Source: Lama glama | Taxonomy: Eukaryota | Direction of reading: 5' to 3' | NCBI GenBank assembly: GCA_028534125.1 | Contig: CM052832.1 | Span: forward strand, 23,934,001 to 23,998,000 | Length of the DNA stretch: 64,000 bases | In this document: piece by piece, positions 1 to 13,836 of the stretch | Numbering within the stretch: the stretch's first letter is position 1 | Layout of the letters: each line of letters starts with the position of its first letter | Program-made: the position numbers and the translations under genes | Notes under the pieces: generated by a model | Databases searched by the model: none | Told to the model about the DNA's origin: nothing | The model's input: only the letters and a program-made list of their open reading frames with translations

Positions 1-290
1 TAGCTTACTCCCTTACGTCTTTTTGTTTCCTATTTAAATGTCATCTTATCGAGAGAAACTAAGATGCCACTCCCCCCCTTCCCACCTCAATCACTCTCAA
101 TCCCTTTTCCTTTTTTCACCTCCTGGAATAGTATGTTCACTTGTTTGTTTATTTTTGTTCTTCTATGCTCCCAGAATGGAAGTTCCATGAGTATCAAAGC
201 TGTATGTTTTTCTACTCCTGTGCTCCCAGTGCCTAAAACAGTGACTAGCACATATTAAACACTTAATAAATATTTTTCAGATGAATAATT
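1..290 (+). mobile_element. L2 3' end remnant
   Basis: cccagtgcctaaaacagtgactagcacata...ttaataaatattt...gatgaat resembles the L2 terminus. Confidence 0.6.
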
Positions 291-304
291 AAGAAAAACA
301 ATGA

Positions 305-991
305 TGCAGTTTGGTGCAGCCACTGTGAAAACAGTATGGAGATTCCTCAAAAGACTAGGAATAGACTTACAATATGACCCAGGAATCCCACTCCTGGGCA
401 TATATCCAGAAGGAACTCTATTTCGAAATGACACCTGCACCCCAATGTTCATAGCAGCTATTTACAATAGCCAAGACATGGAAACAGCCTAAATGTCCAT
501 CAACAGAGGACTGGATAAGGAAGATGTGGTATATTTATACAATGGAATACTATTCAGCCATAAAAACTGACAACATAACACCATTTGCAGCAACATGGAT
601 GTTCCTGAAGAATGTCATTCTAAGTGAAGTAAGCCAGAAGAGAAAGAAAAATACCATATGAGGTCACTCATATGTGGAATCCAAAAAAAAAAAAACTATA
701 AATACAAAACAGAAACAGACTCATAGACATAGAATACAAATTTGTGGTTGCCGGGGGCTGGGGGGTGGGAAAGGATAGACTGGGATTTCAAAATGTAGAA
801 TAGATAAACAAGATTGTACCGTGTAGCACAGGGAAATATATACAGGATCTTGTGGTGGCTCACAGCGAAAGAGAATGTGTCAGTGAATGTATGTATGCTC
901 ATGTATAACTGAAAAATTGTGCTCTACACTGGAATTTGACACAACATTGTAAAATGACTATAACTCAATAAAAATGTTAAACTTAAAAAAA
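305..991 (+). mobile_element. 5'-truncated young LINE-1 (end of ORF2, 3'UTR, polyA)
   Basis: ORF2 C-terminal peptide VWRFLKRLGIDLQYDPGIPLLGIYP...TCTPMFIAA; AATAAA and A tail; 14-bp TSD AAGAAAAACAATGA at 291-304 and 992-1005. Confidence 0.95.
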
Positions 992-1009
992 AAGAAAAAC
1001 AATGAAAAT

Positions 1010-1190
1010 ATCTAGCCTTTATTGAGTGCCCACGCCTTACACTCTTTGAACTTTCTGAGGCATCAGCCCCCTGTTACAGAGAAGGAAATAGAGACTTCGA
1101 GAGGCTGTGTAACTTGCCTAAGGTCACTCAGCTGGCAGGTGGTGGAGCCCAGTCTCAGTCCCAGATCCGTCCACCTCCAAGACTGAGCTC
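1010..1190 (-). mobile_element. MIR SINE fragment
   Basis: ttacagagaaggaaatagagacttcgagaggctgtgtaacttgcctaaggtcactcagct matches the MIR core. Confidence 0.7.
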
Positions 1191-2704
1191 CCTGCCTTCA
1201 TGCGCTAATGACCTTGTCCTGCCATGATTTTGGCAAACTCCCTAGTGAGCGATCTATTAATGCACTCTTAAATTAGAAACTAAAAGTAAGGAAGGATTAA
1301 TAATTAAAGGTTACCATAAAGAAGAACTAGACAGATCTAGAAGATTATGAGCTCTAAATGGAATGAAAAATAGATTTGGGAATTCTATTGATTTTCAGGC
1401 TACCATATTGGATTTAGAACCAGGCAGATGACATTTTTATACTAAATATCAGTGACCTGATATAAAGCCAAAGGCCCCAAAATAACTCAGTGCCCTCGAC
1501 CAGTCTTAGAGACAAACAAACAAGCAAACCTCTGAGCAGGTTTCTTCCTTCCCTCTTTCCTTCCTCCCTTCTTTCTTTTTCTTTCTTTCTCTTCCTTTCT
1601 ACTGGAGTACAATTGACAAATCGGTCAAACATGGTTTGACCAGACTTTGACCCTAACAGATTAAGCTGGCAGAAAGGACCGTGGGATGCTGTATGCATCT
1701 TCTAAAATTGCCTCTGCTCTAAGCTATCTGGTGGTGTCACTGGAAAGTTCAGAGAGTTCTGCGTCACTCGGAGCAGATTCGGTTTCCCTGGAACGAGGGC
1801 ACCATTGGCTCTGTCTTCTACAAACAGCAACATTTCTTATTAATAGGGCTCTTTCTCCACAGGGCCATGGATTATTGATGGATCTCACTGTTAGGCAAGG
1901 ACCCTGTTGCCCCAGACAAATGTGACACAGCTTTTCAGCCTCACTCCAGCAGGCACAGATGTCCCCTCTAGTGGTCTACGTACATACTTGCCCAAGGCAA
2001 CATGAGGGTGGCTGTCATTCAAGCTATCTCTCTGAGGAAGAGAGCCTTTTCCCTGGCTGAGTGACTAGAGAAAGGGGAGGGGAGGGACATTGGCCACTGC
2101 TGTCATCGCTCCAGACAGACATCATAACTAGGTTTGTTGACCAGCAAGCTCTCTCTGGACCCAGAATCTTAATTATAACCTATTTGCACCAAAATACCTT
2201 CTCATCAAGCTCTTTCTCATGTCTTTGTTCTCTTAGTGTAGGCATTTCAATACACATAAAAGTGCACTGAAACATGCAAAGTGCTAGAAGATTTATTGTA
2301 AGATCAAGCACTTACCAAAGGAATGCTTTTTAATTATTTTTCCTATCTTTGCTTCATACATGCTTTAAGAGCCGCCCTGTTAGGAGCACAGTAGGAGAGA
2401 CTTGAACTAAAATCACAGGGTTATTGTAACTGGAAGAAAGGAACTCCTGAGCTTCCTTAGGCTAAACTCTTTAAAGATAAAGAAACTGAAGACAAAGAAG
2501 TAACGGGACTTGCCCAAGCACATGATGGTGACCACTGGTGGGGCATGGATTGAACTTGCAGCCCTTGACCTCCCAGCCCAGTGCCCTTCCAATTGTCCAG
2601 GCTACCGGCTTCCTCTGGTTGTAGGCTCCTGCTCTTTTAGATATTAGGATGAAAAAAGGCATTAAAGGTAAGTGAATTTATTGAAAAAACTTTACTAATA
2701 CAGC

Positions 2705-3190
2705 AATTTTAAAGGTGGCGCCAAATATTTCTCATTCCTCCCATCAAGAGGTGAGGTCTAAGTCCTCCATCACTGAGTCTAGGTTGGCCTTAGTGACTCA
2801 TTTGGAATCCACAGACTGTGGCACAAGTGATGCTACATAACTTCTCAGGCTCGGCCAGGAGCGGTCATGCAGCTCCTCCCTTGTTCACTGGAGTTCTGAG
2901 CTGTTGTCTAGGAAGTCAGGCAGCCTTGGGACTGCCATACATCTACCGTCTTTGAAGTGATCCTCCAGAGCCCAGCTGTCTGGACTACCATGCATTCCAG
3001 CCACCTTGGCCATTCTAACCATGTTTGCTGAGTCTAGAACAGACAATATACAGCAGAGAAGGGCTGTCCCCACTGTGCCCTTTCTGAATTTCAGACCCAC
3101 AGGACAGCAAATATGAAAAATTACTGCTTTTGACTTTATACCCCTAGGTTTGGGGGTGGTCTGTTATACCACAATGGACACTGGAACGGT
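2705..3190 (+). mobile_element. MaLR (MLT1-type) solo LTR
   Basis: cctcccatcaagaggtgaggtcta...ggccttagtgactc and the 3' gtttgggggtggtctgttatac...actggaac are typical of MLT1. Confidence 0.65.
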
Positions 3191-6100
3191 TAAATACTTT
3201 GATACCTCTCTCTGTTCAAATGTATGATTCTTCACACTATGGTACACGTTATTTAAATTTTCTCACCCTTAAAGAATACTTTGCGTCATTCTTTGATGCA
3301 TTTGCATGGTCCCATAGTCCTTTAATAGCTTTTATGCTTAGATTCATGTCTGCGTTAACTGACATCTCCTCTGTGTCTAGAGAATCTATAAACATATACT
3401 AGGTATATCTAATTCGACATAACCAAAATCATGAAAATGATTAAAATTTTATGGTTACCACTGCAAATAATTCCCCTGGAATAATTAAAAGAAAGATAAC
3501 TGATTTATAAAACGGTGAAAATTTTAATTTTAAGAAATTGGTTTCCACCATTCTAGTTACTCCTGGTTGATTCTATCAGAGGTTTTAAAAAAGTCACTTA
3601 TCCAAAGAGCTCATAAAAATTAATAACGTCCAGGGAATGTTAACTGCCATCCATTGACTATCACATAGGAGCAAAATCCCAGAAAAATGTAGTATGTGTG
3701 ATATGTCTTATACATAGGAAATGCCCAGAGATTAAATTTTAGTGTTGATACCATTGTAACAAGAAAGGAAAATGGAACACTGTTAGAACAACAACAAAAA
3801 AAGAGTAAGAATGACTCTGGAAATGAAAAATAATTGTATCTTTCATGCTTATATACATCTTTTGTTTTTAAATTATAATTTGTAGAATCCACTGGCTGTA
3901 TCACTCGTCTGCCCTAGGACTATGAAATGCTGAGCTGATGATGTTTGGAATTGCAGGACCTCAAATATGACACCAATTCATCGTTTAGAGTTACAGAGCT
4001 TCCACCCTTCCAGCACAACCTATTTCTATCAAGATCCAAACTGATATCTAATTAGGAAAAGCTAGAAAGAGTTTTCCCTTTGTAACATGGAGATGTGTGT
4101 GTGTGTTCAACAGTTCTTTCTGGCAGATTATAATCAGTGCGGGTTTTTACAGAATACATTCAGATACGGCAAATGATCTGATTGAGCAGACAATCAAAAT
4201 GAATAAATCCAGCTTGGATGAACCCTGCTTGTTGATTTCCCCTCAACCTAAGAACCTGGACTTAATTAAGTATATAAAAAGTTCGTTCCCGTTTATTCCA
4301 AGCATAGTTGCTATGGATTTCTATACAATCAAGAGATTTACCTTCAATATTGGTTGATACCATCCTTTGGAATAATACTCTTTATAGCATACTAGCAACA
4401 CAAAGATAGTTTGACAAATTTGCTCAAATTTCCTAGATTAATATAGAAGAGAGCAATACTGGCCAACCCCAAACCAGGGCATTTCTCAGGACCTCTGTAA
4501 TTTTGGAGGATTTCTTGAGTGGGAATATATGAATAACAACTGCCAAGCCAGACCCTCCTATCTGTGCCTAGCGGTGTGGTATCCCCAAAAGTTTTCCTTT
4601 CGTTTTTCAGAGGTCCTCAAGCCCTTATTACATATATATTTTTTTAATCTCCTCAAACTAAGATTATATTGTTTCTCTTCATCGCTCAGAATCCACCATG
4701 GTAAGAAAATCTGGTAACCTCACAGAACTATTAAAATTATCTTAAATGAATTAACCCTGAGGTGTGGCAATCACATTGATTACAGAAGCTTAGCATCAAC
4801 TCCAGCAGGCAAGTGAAACCAACCAGTTTCCAGGACAAAATGAGATTTGTCACCAGCTTGCAGCATTTACCTTCGTGTATACAGCGGGGATGCCAGTTAA
4901 CATTTTATCCAATTGAGAGGGTATTACATAAACTTGGTAAAGCTGCTGCTGCAGAGAATCTGCATTTCAAAGGGGAGAAATCTCTTGTTTTGGACAATTA
5001 AGTGCCCTGTGGTTCTCTTCGGCATTTCTTTGTGCAAGTCTCTTCAGTGTCTCCTCCTTTCAGAAATGCGAGGGTTGCTTCATGGATCACAGGTTGTATG
5101 AACGCGGAGATGAATTTTTTTTTGATAGATTTCAGGGCTAATTTTGCAAAGGCATTGTTATAATGGTTCTCTTCCCTCCCCACATCAGAGTGCTGAAATG
5201 TCTCATTCTGTGAGGACTGAGAGACAACGACTGTGCCAAAAGTGGCAGCTGGGAAAGATTTAAAAAAAAACATACAGATAAAGGAAGCCAGGGCTGAAAG
5301 GTAAGAAAGACAGCTGGGAGATTTAAGGGATGTGGCTTCTAAGCAGCTGAAAGAGACAGCAGTCCCGAGAGAGAATGTTTGCAAGATAAGAGGCTTTGTG
5401 CTTTCTGAAGAAATATGCCAAAGATGATAAGAAATGCAGCTGTTGTGGAAGTGTGAATTAATCAAGATTCCTGGTATGCCCAGGACATAAAGCCATTCCA
5501 CATGCGTGCTTTAAGGGGCAAGTATGATGACTTCTTTTACCAGTCAGTCTCACTCCTCAGATTCTCTGCAAGTGAGGACCCTGTGCCTTCCTCTCACTCA
5601 GCCGTCCCCAAGCTGCTAGGGCTCCTGTTTCTGGCATTTTTCTTCTCCAGGTTTGCCTCTTCTCCTTAAGTTCCTCTTAGTTGTCACTGGGGCAGTCAAG
5701 CTATTAATGGCAGATGACTTGAACTATCTGACTTGAACACCTTTAATAGCTATGTTCTACATTTAAATCCAATGTTGTTATTATTAAAATTGGCAATGTT
5801 TATTAAAAGTCTATAATTATCCGACATTCTTTGACAAATATGCTTATTTAATTTTATAGCTGTTTATAATAATAAATCTCAGTATAATACCCTTCCCCCC
5901 AAAGCACAGGTGGCTGGAGATCAGGATGACCACATAGCCATTCTAATCCTTAGTCCTATGACTAAACAAATGTTGATGAAAGAAATTAAATTAAGAAAAT
6001 GAGCACTGAGGCATTTGTGCTATGCTGTCTTTATATATATCTTTATACTTTTAAAGGGTTTTAATCATACAAATAACTTGCCTCAGGGTCCTTGGATTTG

Positions 6101-6361
6101 GTTTTGACCCCAGAGTTCATAGAACTGAAGGCATGTGTATTAAACTTCCCTTAAGAGTCCCTGAGACAATTCTTAGTGACACAGAAAGAGATTTCAAATA
6201 ATCTAGTGGTAGTCTTTGGCATCATCCAGACTTGGGTTTCAGCTCACAGCTCTATCAGCTTCAGTTATGATTTTAGGCAAATTACATTAACCTCTACGTC
6301 AAATGAAGATAATAATGCCAAGCCTAGAGTGAGGCTGTGAGGACTGAAGATAATGTATGCA

Positions 6362-6882
6362 GACAGTCGCCAAGATATGGAAGCAACCTAAGTGTCCATC
6401 AGCAGGTGAATGGATAAAGATGATGTGGTATACATACACAACGGAATATTACTCAGCCATAAAAAAGAATGAAATCTTGCCATCTGCAGCAACATGGATG
6501 GACTTGGAGGGTATTATCTAAGTGAAATAAGTCAGATAGAGAAAAACAAATACTGTATAATGTACTTATATGTGGAATCAAAAAAATACAACAAAATAGT
6601 GAATATAACATAAAAGAAGCAGGCTCACAGATAGAACAAACTAGCAGTTAGTGGGGAGAGGGAAGTGGGGAGGGGCTAGGGGAGTAAGAGGTACAAACTA
6701 CTAGGTATAAAATAAGCTACAAGGATATATTGTACAACATGGGAAATACAGCCAATATTTGGTAATAATTATAAAAGGCATATAACCTTTAAAAACTGTG
6801 AATTATTATACTGGACACCTGTAACCTATATAATATTGTACAGTAACCATACTTCAATTTTTAAAAAGGAAAAAAGAGAAAA
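6362..6882 (+). mobile_element. LINE-1 3' fragment inserted in a MIR
   Basis: gatatggaagcaacctaagtgtccatc...atggatggacttggagggtatt; 15-bp TSD AAGATAATGTATGCA at 6347-6361 and 6883-6897; MIR-like sequence on both sides. Confidence 0.9.
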
Positions 6883-7280
6883 AAGATAATGTATGCACTG
6901 CCTGGCATAAGTGGATGCCCAGTAAATGGTAGCCAAAAATCTAGAAGTTTAAAGTAAAAATGTGAATGATGGTAATAAAAAGTGTTCAGTTTGATGTTGA
7001 CTATTACCAGTATTCGTTTTCTGATAAAGATCTATGACACAGAATGACTCTTTGAAAGTGACAGCCAGAGCTGCAGGGAAAACACCAAACAAAGACTCTG
7101 TGAGGTAAGATTTTGTACTTAAAATCCCCCATTGATTCGTCCTGGGACTTCAGACACTTGCTTCAACTTTCCATTTGGCCAGTTACACACCCCCTCTGTG
7201 TATTACCTTTCCATTGGACACTGGTTTATGCCAAGCATGTTGCTGAACATGGTCGCTGATGAGCACATGGAGTGTTTTTA

Positions 7281-7543
7281 TTTTATTTACTTATTTTTCT
7301 AATTGAGGTATAGTTGATTTACAATATTATATGTTTCATGTAAACAACACAGTGATTCATGATTTTTAAAGATTATTCTCCATTTATAGTTATTATAAAA
7401 TATTGTGTTACCTGTGCTGTGCAAGATACCCTTGTAGCTTATGTATTTTATACACAGTAGTTTCATACCTCTTAAACCCCTCCTCCAATGTTGTCCTTCC
7501 CCCATTGCCTCTCCTCACTGGTAACCACTAGTTTGTTCTCTAT
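7281..7543 (-). mobile_element. LINE-1 3'UTR fragment
   Basis: T-rich tail then aattgaggtatagttgatttacaat; 14-bp TSD ATGGAGTGTTTTTA at 7267-7280 and 7544-7557. Confidence 0.88.
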
Positions 7544-8609
7544 ATGGAGTGTTTTTAAAATATTATTGATGAGGTAGGCATCATGTGGAAAATTGGCATT
7601 AGGTATATTTTTTTAAATACGGTTCCCACTGATAAGCAGGTACAGAAAGAACAATTAGATGTCAGGCCAAAGGTTTAAAAAAAAAAGAGTGGATTCAACT
7701 GTAATTGGGAATGAAGCAAATTTGCTCAGGGCAACACTTCCTCAGCCCCCTGGCATCTTCTACCCCCACTCTTCCCAGGAATTCATACCTATATGCAGGA
7801 ATTTAACCTCCACTAACTCAGTGGTCACATGCTTGTGTGTCATAGGATATGGAGGACCAGGAACCAGTGGCTCTGTCTAAGGAACCCAGGGAAAGTGCAT
7901 AGGGTTCACTAGAAAGAACAGAGTCAGGAAGCAGCTGGGTGAGGTGGTGGGCACCCAGGATGTGGTTTCAGGCCACCCGACCTTGACATCCTGGTTCTGC
8001 ACCATGCTGACTTGATGACCTGGGGCAGGTTACTCATCACCCATTGGGGATACCATTTCATACCTTATGTTTAATGAGGAGTAAATACAAGTACCTGGTA
8101 CACAGCATGTGTTTAGAGGTGCAGGCCACTTCCTTGCATCCCTTTGCGAACTTCCTGTAGTCTCTCCGAAGGTCCACCAAGAGAAGTGACCAGCATCGAG
8201 ACAGAAGCAGCGTAGCGTGTGCAAATACCGATGCTAAGGGCCCACCTTTCTCAGCCACAAATGACCTTGTCACACGCTGGAGGAAAGTATGCTGGTTAGC
8301 AAGGTAAATACCTTTTCTTTAATCTTCCTCACTCTTTCTTCTGATGCTCTTGTCCGCTTAAAATGGAAGGTGACAATAGATAATAGAAGGCCACTGTTTC
8401 CTATCCCTAGACTCTAGAGCCACGATGAAGCTCTACCAGATCCTGCTAGAGGCACCATAATTGTCTGTTTCTGAAAGTTTTCAGTTACAAAGAATATACT
8501 CCTTTTTTAAAAAATGTGTAAATCTATGCAAGCACAGTTCAAAAATTCAGCTGTTGCCCTAATTGTTTTTTTTTCACTAGAAAATTAGGTATCTCATTAG
8601 TGTCCTTTA

Positions 8610-8724
8610 TTTTATTTTGGAGGTGGGGGTAATAATTAGGTTTATTTATTTTGAATGGAGGTACCGGGGATCGAAACAAGGACATCGTGCGTGCTAGGCA
8701 TGTGCTCTACCCCTGAGCTTAGTA
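8610..8724 (-). mobile_element. tRNA-derived SINE (camelid Vic-1-like)
   Basis: Reverse complement has A-box AGCTCAGGGGTAGAGC, B-box-like TTCGATCCCC and an AT-rich tail; TSD AGTGTCCTTTA at 8599-8609 and 8725-8735. Confidence 0.85.
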
Positions 8725-9600
8725 AGTGTCCTTTAAATGATCCCCCACTCCTCGTCCTCAGATGAAGTCTCCTGCCACCCTGCAAGCCACCTCTCCCTCT
8801 CTTCCTTACGTAGCTCCCTTCGTGGCAAACCCTCAACTCACATGATCTGGTCCATGCAACTCCCACTCCTTCATCTCCCCGCCTTTCACCGATGTTCGTG
8901 GGATGCTTTAGATCTCAGTGCTTTTTTCATTTCTTCATTATTTTCTTCTACTTCTTTTTCACATCACTATGTTCTCAAATTTCAAAACGTACATAAGCAA
9001 ACGCAGAATGGAAGTGCATACATGCTCTATGACTCTCCAAAGGCACCTGCTCCATCTCTACCTCACAGAGGCACCCACAGCACTGGTGGCACAGCCAAGA
9101 GTCAGCGTTTTCAGAAAGTCAAGTTCATACCTGGCTGGAACTGTCAGATGAACACAGTTTAAAAATAGAGCTAAAACCCAACTTCTCTACTTGGCAAAAT
9201 TATGTTTTTGTATTTAGTGCTCATTTAGGAAGTCAGTCTGAGATATTTGCCCTCTTATGAACACATTATCTGAGCTATTAAATGAAAAGAAATAATGATT
9301 GCTACTCACCCCCTGTTACGATATAATCAGAATTACCTCTAATAGGGGAAAACTGGAAAACATGGCACATTCTCCAACTCACTTAAAATACATTAATAGC
9401 TTAGTGGTAGCATCTTGGATTTAAAAAAGCAATGGCATTCATCGTCCAGGAGACAAGTGAGTGGAGAGAAGGGCGCTTTATAGACTCTCTCTGAAGAAGT
9501 TGGTCAAGAATGACCAAACACTGTACAGTTTTCAAGACAGAAATAATTTATGAGAGCAAAGCTAAAAATCCTTTTCCTTATCAAAATTTTTTAAAGTTCA

Positions 9601-9750
9601 GGGAGGGTATAGCTTAGTGGTAGAGTGCATGCTTAACATGCACGAGGTCCTGGGTTCAATCCCCAGTACCTCCATTCAAAAAAAATAAACTAACAAACAA
9701 ATAAATAAACTTAATTACCTCTCACCCTCCCAAAAACATAAAATAAAAAA
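9601..9750 (+). mobile_element. tRNA-derived SINE (camelid Vic-1-like)
   Basis: GGGAGGGTATAGCTTAGTGGTAGAG...GGTTCAATCCCCAGTACCTCC with pol III A/B boxes and a bipartite A-rich tail. Confidence 0.9.
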
Positions 9751-12029
9751 TTTAAAGTGCGTATCCATGTATTACCTGATTCCTTTCTCATTTTGATTTA
9801 TGATCAGGATTTCAAAGCCTGGAATGTAAATGACTTAGCTAAAAATCATTATTGAACTTCTAAAATTCCACTCAGAACAACTACCCAAAATGAAACCTCT
9901 TCTATATGAAGTACTTGAGCAAAACCAAGTTAGAATTTCCATGGAAACAGTCTGGAACTCTTGAAGGAGAAGCGAGGACACAAGTAAGTATGAAAATGCA
10001 TGTATGTATTTTTTGGTTCCTCCTTACCACTGCCCCTCCAAACCTTAGGCTGTCATTTTAATGAACACTTTCAAGCCTCAGAGGGAATTAAGAAGAACAA
10101 TATTTGATGGGAGTGAGGAAAGAGCTAAATATATTTCCCCTGTGAGAGAAATATATTCCATCATCTTCTCATCTCCCCTTCCCTCTGCTATCTGGGCGAT
10201 CTTTCCATCTTTCACTATTAGTTCTGTGCCACTCTAGCTGTACAGCTAGTTTAGCTGTGACTTGGGACAGAAAAAAGATACCATCATGAGATAATTTTGT
10301 CCTCTTTTGGAAGGGTCCTTTCATACGAGACAACTGAGGTCAGTTTTCAAATTAATATTGTGTATTTTCCCACCATGTAATTTTCATTTGCCAATAGTTC
10401 AGAATTCCTAAAATGCTCTTGGATCAGGTAACTCATTTGATCAGTACAATCTGAAAGGGAAACAGAGCCATTAGGTTGGGTTCTATCAACTCCCACATTA
10501 CCAGTTTAGAGGGCTTACCCTGCTGGTAAGTAAAGAAACCAGGACTCTGGCCAGCTCTTTGCATCTCAGACCATTGCTTTCTCCAACTCTACAAATACGA
10601 CTAGCCTCGTGACCAGTGTAGACACAGTATCATGGCTACTCTCTCCTCTTTAGTAGGTATTAAGAACTTTTATTTATTTACTTTTAGAAATACAGTTTTA
10701 GTTTTATAAAGTAAAAATCTTGCTCTAATTGCTCATATTGATATTAGTATAAGATCAGCAAATACCTCCAAGAAAGGCATAGTCAGGGTTAGGTGGACTT
10801 TTGGCTTCCCTGAGTATGGCTATTTTGGACAAGCTTTTCCCAGAACTGTCTGACCTATTTTTAATCGATAAATCAAATAATGTTTCATTTTAAAGCTCAG
10901 CAATCAATATATGACTTATGGAGGACAAAAGTGACCTTTCATAAATCCGAAACATTGAATGTAGAACACGTCTTCTGGAATAAAATAATCATTGCTGCAA
11001 TGACTGAATTAAGTAGCTTAGAAATTATTTTACTGATCCAAGATAAAACCTCGGGGCACAATAATATCTCTCCCTAGGGATAAGGTGGTATCTATTTATC
11101 TTTGGAAAATTAAAGGCAGTTAAAGTTGGAGAATGTGATGGCTCTAAATAGGATGATAGCTGTCATAAAGTAGAAAATGTGATGCAATCTGTTATAACTT
11201 TCTGCTACTTGTAATTTTTAAAAACTCTTGGAATTCAGTAAAAGAAATTATACCATTGGTTTGGGCAATATTAAGACCAAAGGAGCAATAGACAACACAT
11301 TCCATAATTAATTTACCATATACACTTTGACAATCAATATGACATATTCATTTGATGTTCTAATACACACCTTATTAGATATTGCCACATCATTGTGGAC
11401 CGAAATTTAAAAATGGAAATATACTAATAAGTGATTTCCTCCTTGGTTAGATTTTGCTATACAGCATTACAACTACTAGCAGGAATCATTTATCTAGAGT
11501 TTACTATACACTTGACTCTGTGTCAAGTAGTTGGTATACTTTATTTTATTTACTATTTAAATAACTAGGATAAGATTAGATATTACCGTCCCAATATTAT
11601 AGATGAGAAATCAATAAAAACCTCACCCTAGAAGTGGATTACAAAAAGCAATGTGTCCCATGCATATAGCTAGAACACGGTAGAGGCTAGCACCAAACCT
11701 CAGTTTACCTGTGAAGTTTACCTGTGAGGTTTGTCAAACCTCAGTTTCTGTGTTTCTCCAGCTTCCAACCGACTGTGCCCCTCTACAGCCCACTTCTTCC
11801 AAGCCATCTTCCAGTAACCAATTATCCATGAATAGTCCTTTAAGGCTCACTGTTGGAGGAAGACCTCTGTCATTCACTAAACATAAGGCAGATACTGAGT
11901 TATTGAAATTTACTTAAAAGGTATAAAAACGGGGCATCTGGGGAGCTTTCTCCTCACTGAAAATGTTACCTATAAATTATGGCCGTTAATTCTAGTTAAA
12001 GGGAAAACTCATTACACCTTTATGATAAA

Positions 12030-12079
12030 ATCAGAAACAAGCAGTGCAACAGAAGTTTTTAAAAATTATATTTAATACA
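12030..12079 (-). terminator. Probable RBM24 polyadenylation signal and downstream element
   Basis: Minus-strand TGTATTAAA (UGUA overlapping ATTAAA at 12071-12076), followed by GU/U-rich CTTCTGTTGCACTGCTTGTTTCTG. Confidence 0.7.
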
Positions 12080-13836
12080 AGTGAATAGATTAGAAGATCT
12101 GAAATGTTATAAAGCAATATACACAATGAATAAATAATTTGCACAGGAGAGTCATGTCTACATTACATAATACTGTCTAGTATGGGAATACTTAAATCCA
12201 GTGATAATGGAGAAAGTCCATAAAAATGCTAACCTGTCTTCCCTTGTATGAAATTGTTCAAGTATAAAAATCCAATACAGTGTAAAATAGTATTCAATTT
12301 AGTTTTAGAATAAAAATTGCAAGTATTGCAGTTTCAGAAGAAAAATGTAAAGCAGCATTTAGAAAACTACATAAACTATGTAAGGGTGTTAAACTAATGA
12401 AGTACCCATAAATGAGTTACACGAGCAAAAATCGGAGAAGGAAGCGTGAAACTAGCAATAGATCCTGTTTAAAAAAACCTAAAGCCTAAAATAAACTAAA
12501 ATGTGTTAATGTAAGAGTACTCTCTTATACAGTGCACATATGAATTTAAATAAATCCAAGTCAACATCTTTAGTTGAATAGGTTAATATTTAATATGCTA
12601 CATCTAGACCTACTAAATAATTTATGCCATGAGATGAATACATAATTTTACAGTGTCACATCTAAAGTTCCTTTCTTTAGAGTGCAGCATAGTAAAACTT
12701 AAAAATAAATATCTTAAATAGCATTACTATTAAGGCACAGTATAAACCACATTATCATTAACCTTTGAAGAATTGTAATCTCAGTAACCTTGTTGTCTCA
12801 TGTACTGTATTCACTAATAAATAGTCTTAAATATGACTCTGAAATAGATACTAAAAAGTGTAAAATTATTTAAAAAGGGAACAAAAAATAAATGTCCTTA
12901 AGACAGTTCTTAAGGGTTTAGAGTCTGCAAACTTTGCCTGCCTTTAATCATAAGCCACGAGTCGACACAATAAATAGAAAGAGAAGGCTGTTGTAGGAAA
13001 AGCCTGATCCTATTTCAGAATCAGAATTGCTGACACCAGCAGATACAAGTTTCCCAAAATTGAAACAGGATGGGGAGAGGGATTAGAATGTGACAAGCTC
13101 ATCACACAAGCACAAGTGATGTGTTCTTTCCAGAACTGTGTGTGTTATTGATTGTCTGTACAGCTGTTGCACCCATTCATTTCCACATCACTTGTTTCAC
13201 AGTCCCACTCATCCACTGCGTAGATGAGAAAATAGCTTTGGTGCCTGTCCACTATTTCACCCACTGCCACGCTCCTAGATTGATTGTTCGATGCCCATTT
13301 TTCAAAGAGTAAGAACACTACCTTCTTACCTCAAAAAGTTCTCCAGGCCATAGTGACTGCGAAAAATGACAATCAGTGCTTTCACCATTTTTTTTAAAAA
13401 TCTGATTTTAAATGTAATTCAAGCTACATATTGCTCACTCTGTATTCCCTGGTTCAACTGGATTCAAATAGCATTTTCTAACTTGTAAAAGGCAGTTTGC
13501 TTCCCTGATACTATAAAAAGAGCAAAAATAAAAATCCCATTTATAAAAGTGAAGTTCCATTGTTACTCCTGCCGGCATTTCGTAGCGGCCTTTCATTTAC
13601 TCAGGCTCTTTGGGTTTGATTTCCAAAACTGCGCCCACTCCCCCTCACTCTCATCTCTTTCACATCTAGAACCCTACTGGAGTATTAAAAATAATAATAA
13701 TAATTCTGCTTCACAATAGCATAGCTTTTTTTTTTTTTAAAGCTGTTAAGTCAACGTTAACGCTCTGATTAGCTACTGAAAATTGGGGAATCGGGAGGGA
13801 AAAGAGAAACAATTCGACTTTGATCGGAGGGCTGGC
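12050..13836 (-). other. RBM24: RBM24 3'UTR (about 1.8 kb, AU-rich)
   Basis: AT-rich stretch with no recognisable repeats between the stop codon and a poly(A) signal. The 3' end is inferred. Confidence 0.75.

Noticed and set aside
4998..5501. 167-aa minus-strand ORF
   Set aside because: GTG start, no homology recognised, no exon context.
9159..9168. MEF2 consensus TTAAAAATAG (also near 53680)
   Set aside because: A short AT-rich motif expected by chance in this background.
9601..9675. Possible tRNA genes (also at 8610, 46122 and 56622)
   Set aside because: A-rich tails, TSDs and divergent multicopy heads indicate SINEs rather than tRNAs.
13724..13738. A-run early in the 3'UTR as a proximal poly(A) site
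   Set aside because: It is genomically encoded, has no clear hexamer upstream, and would cause internal oligo-dT priming artefacts.
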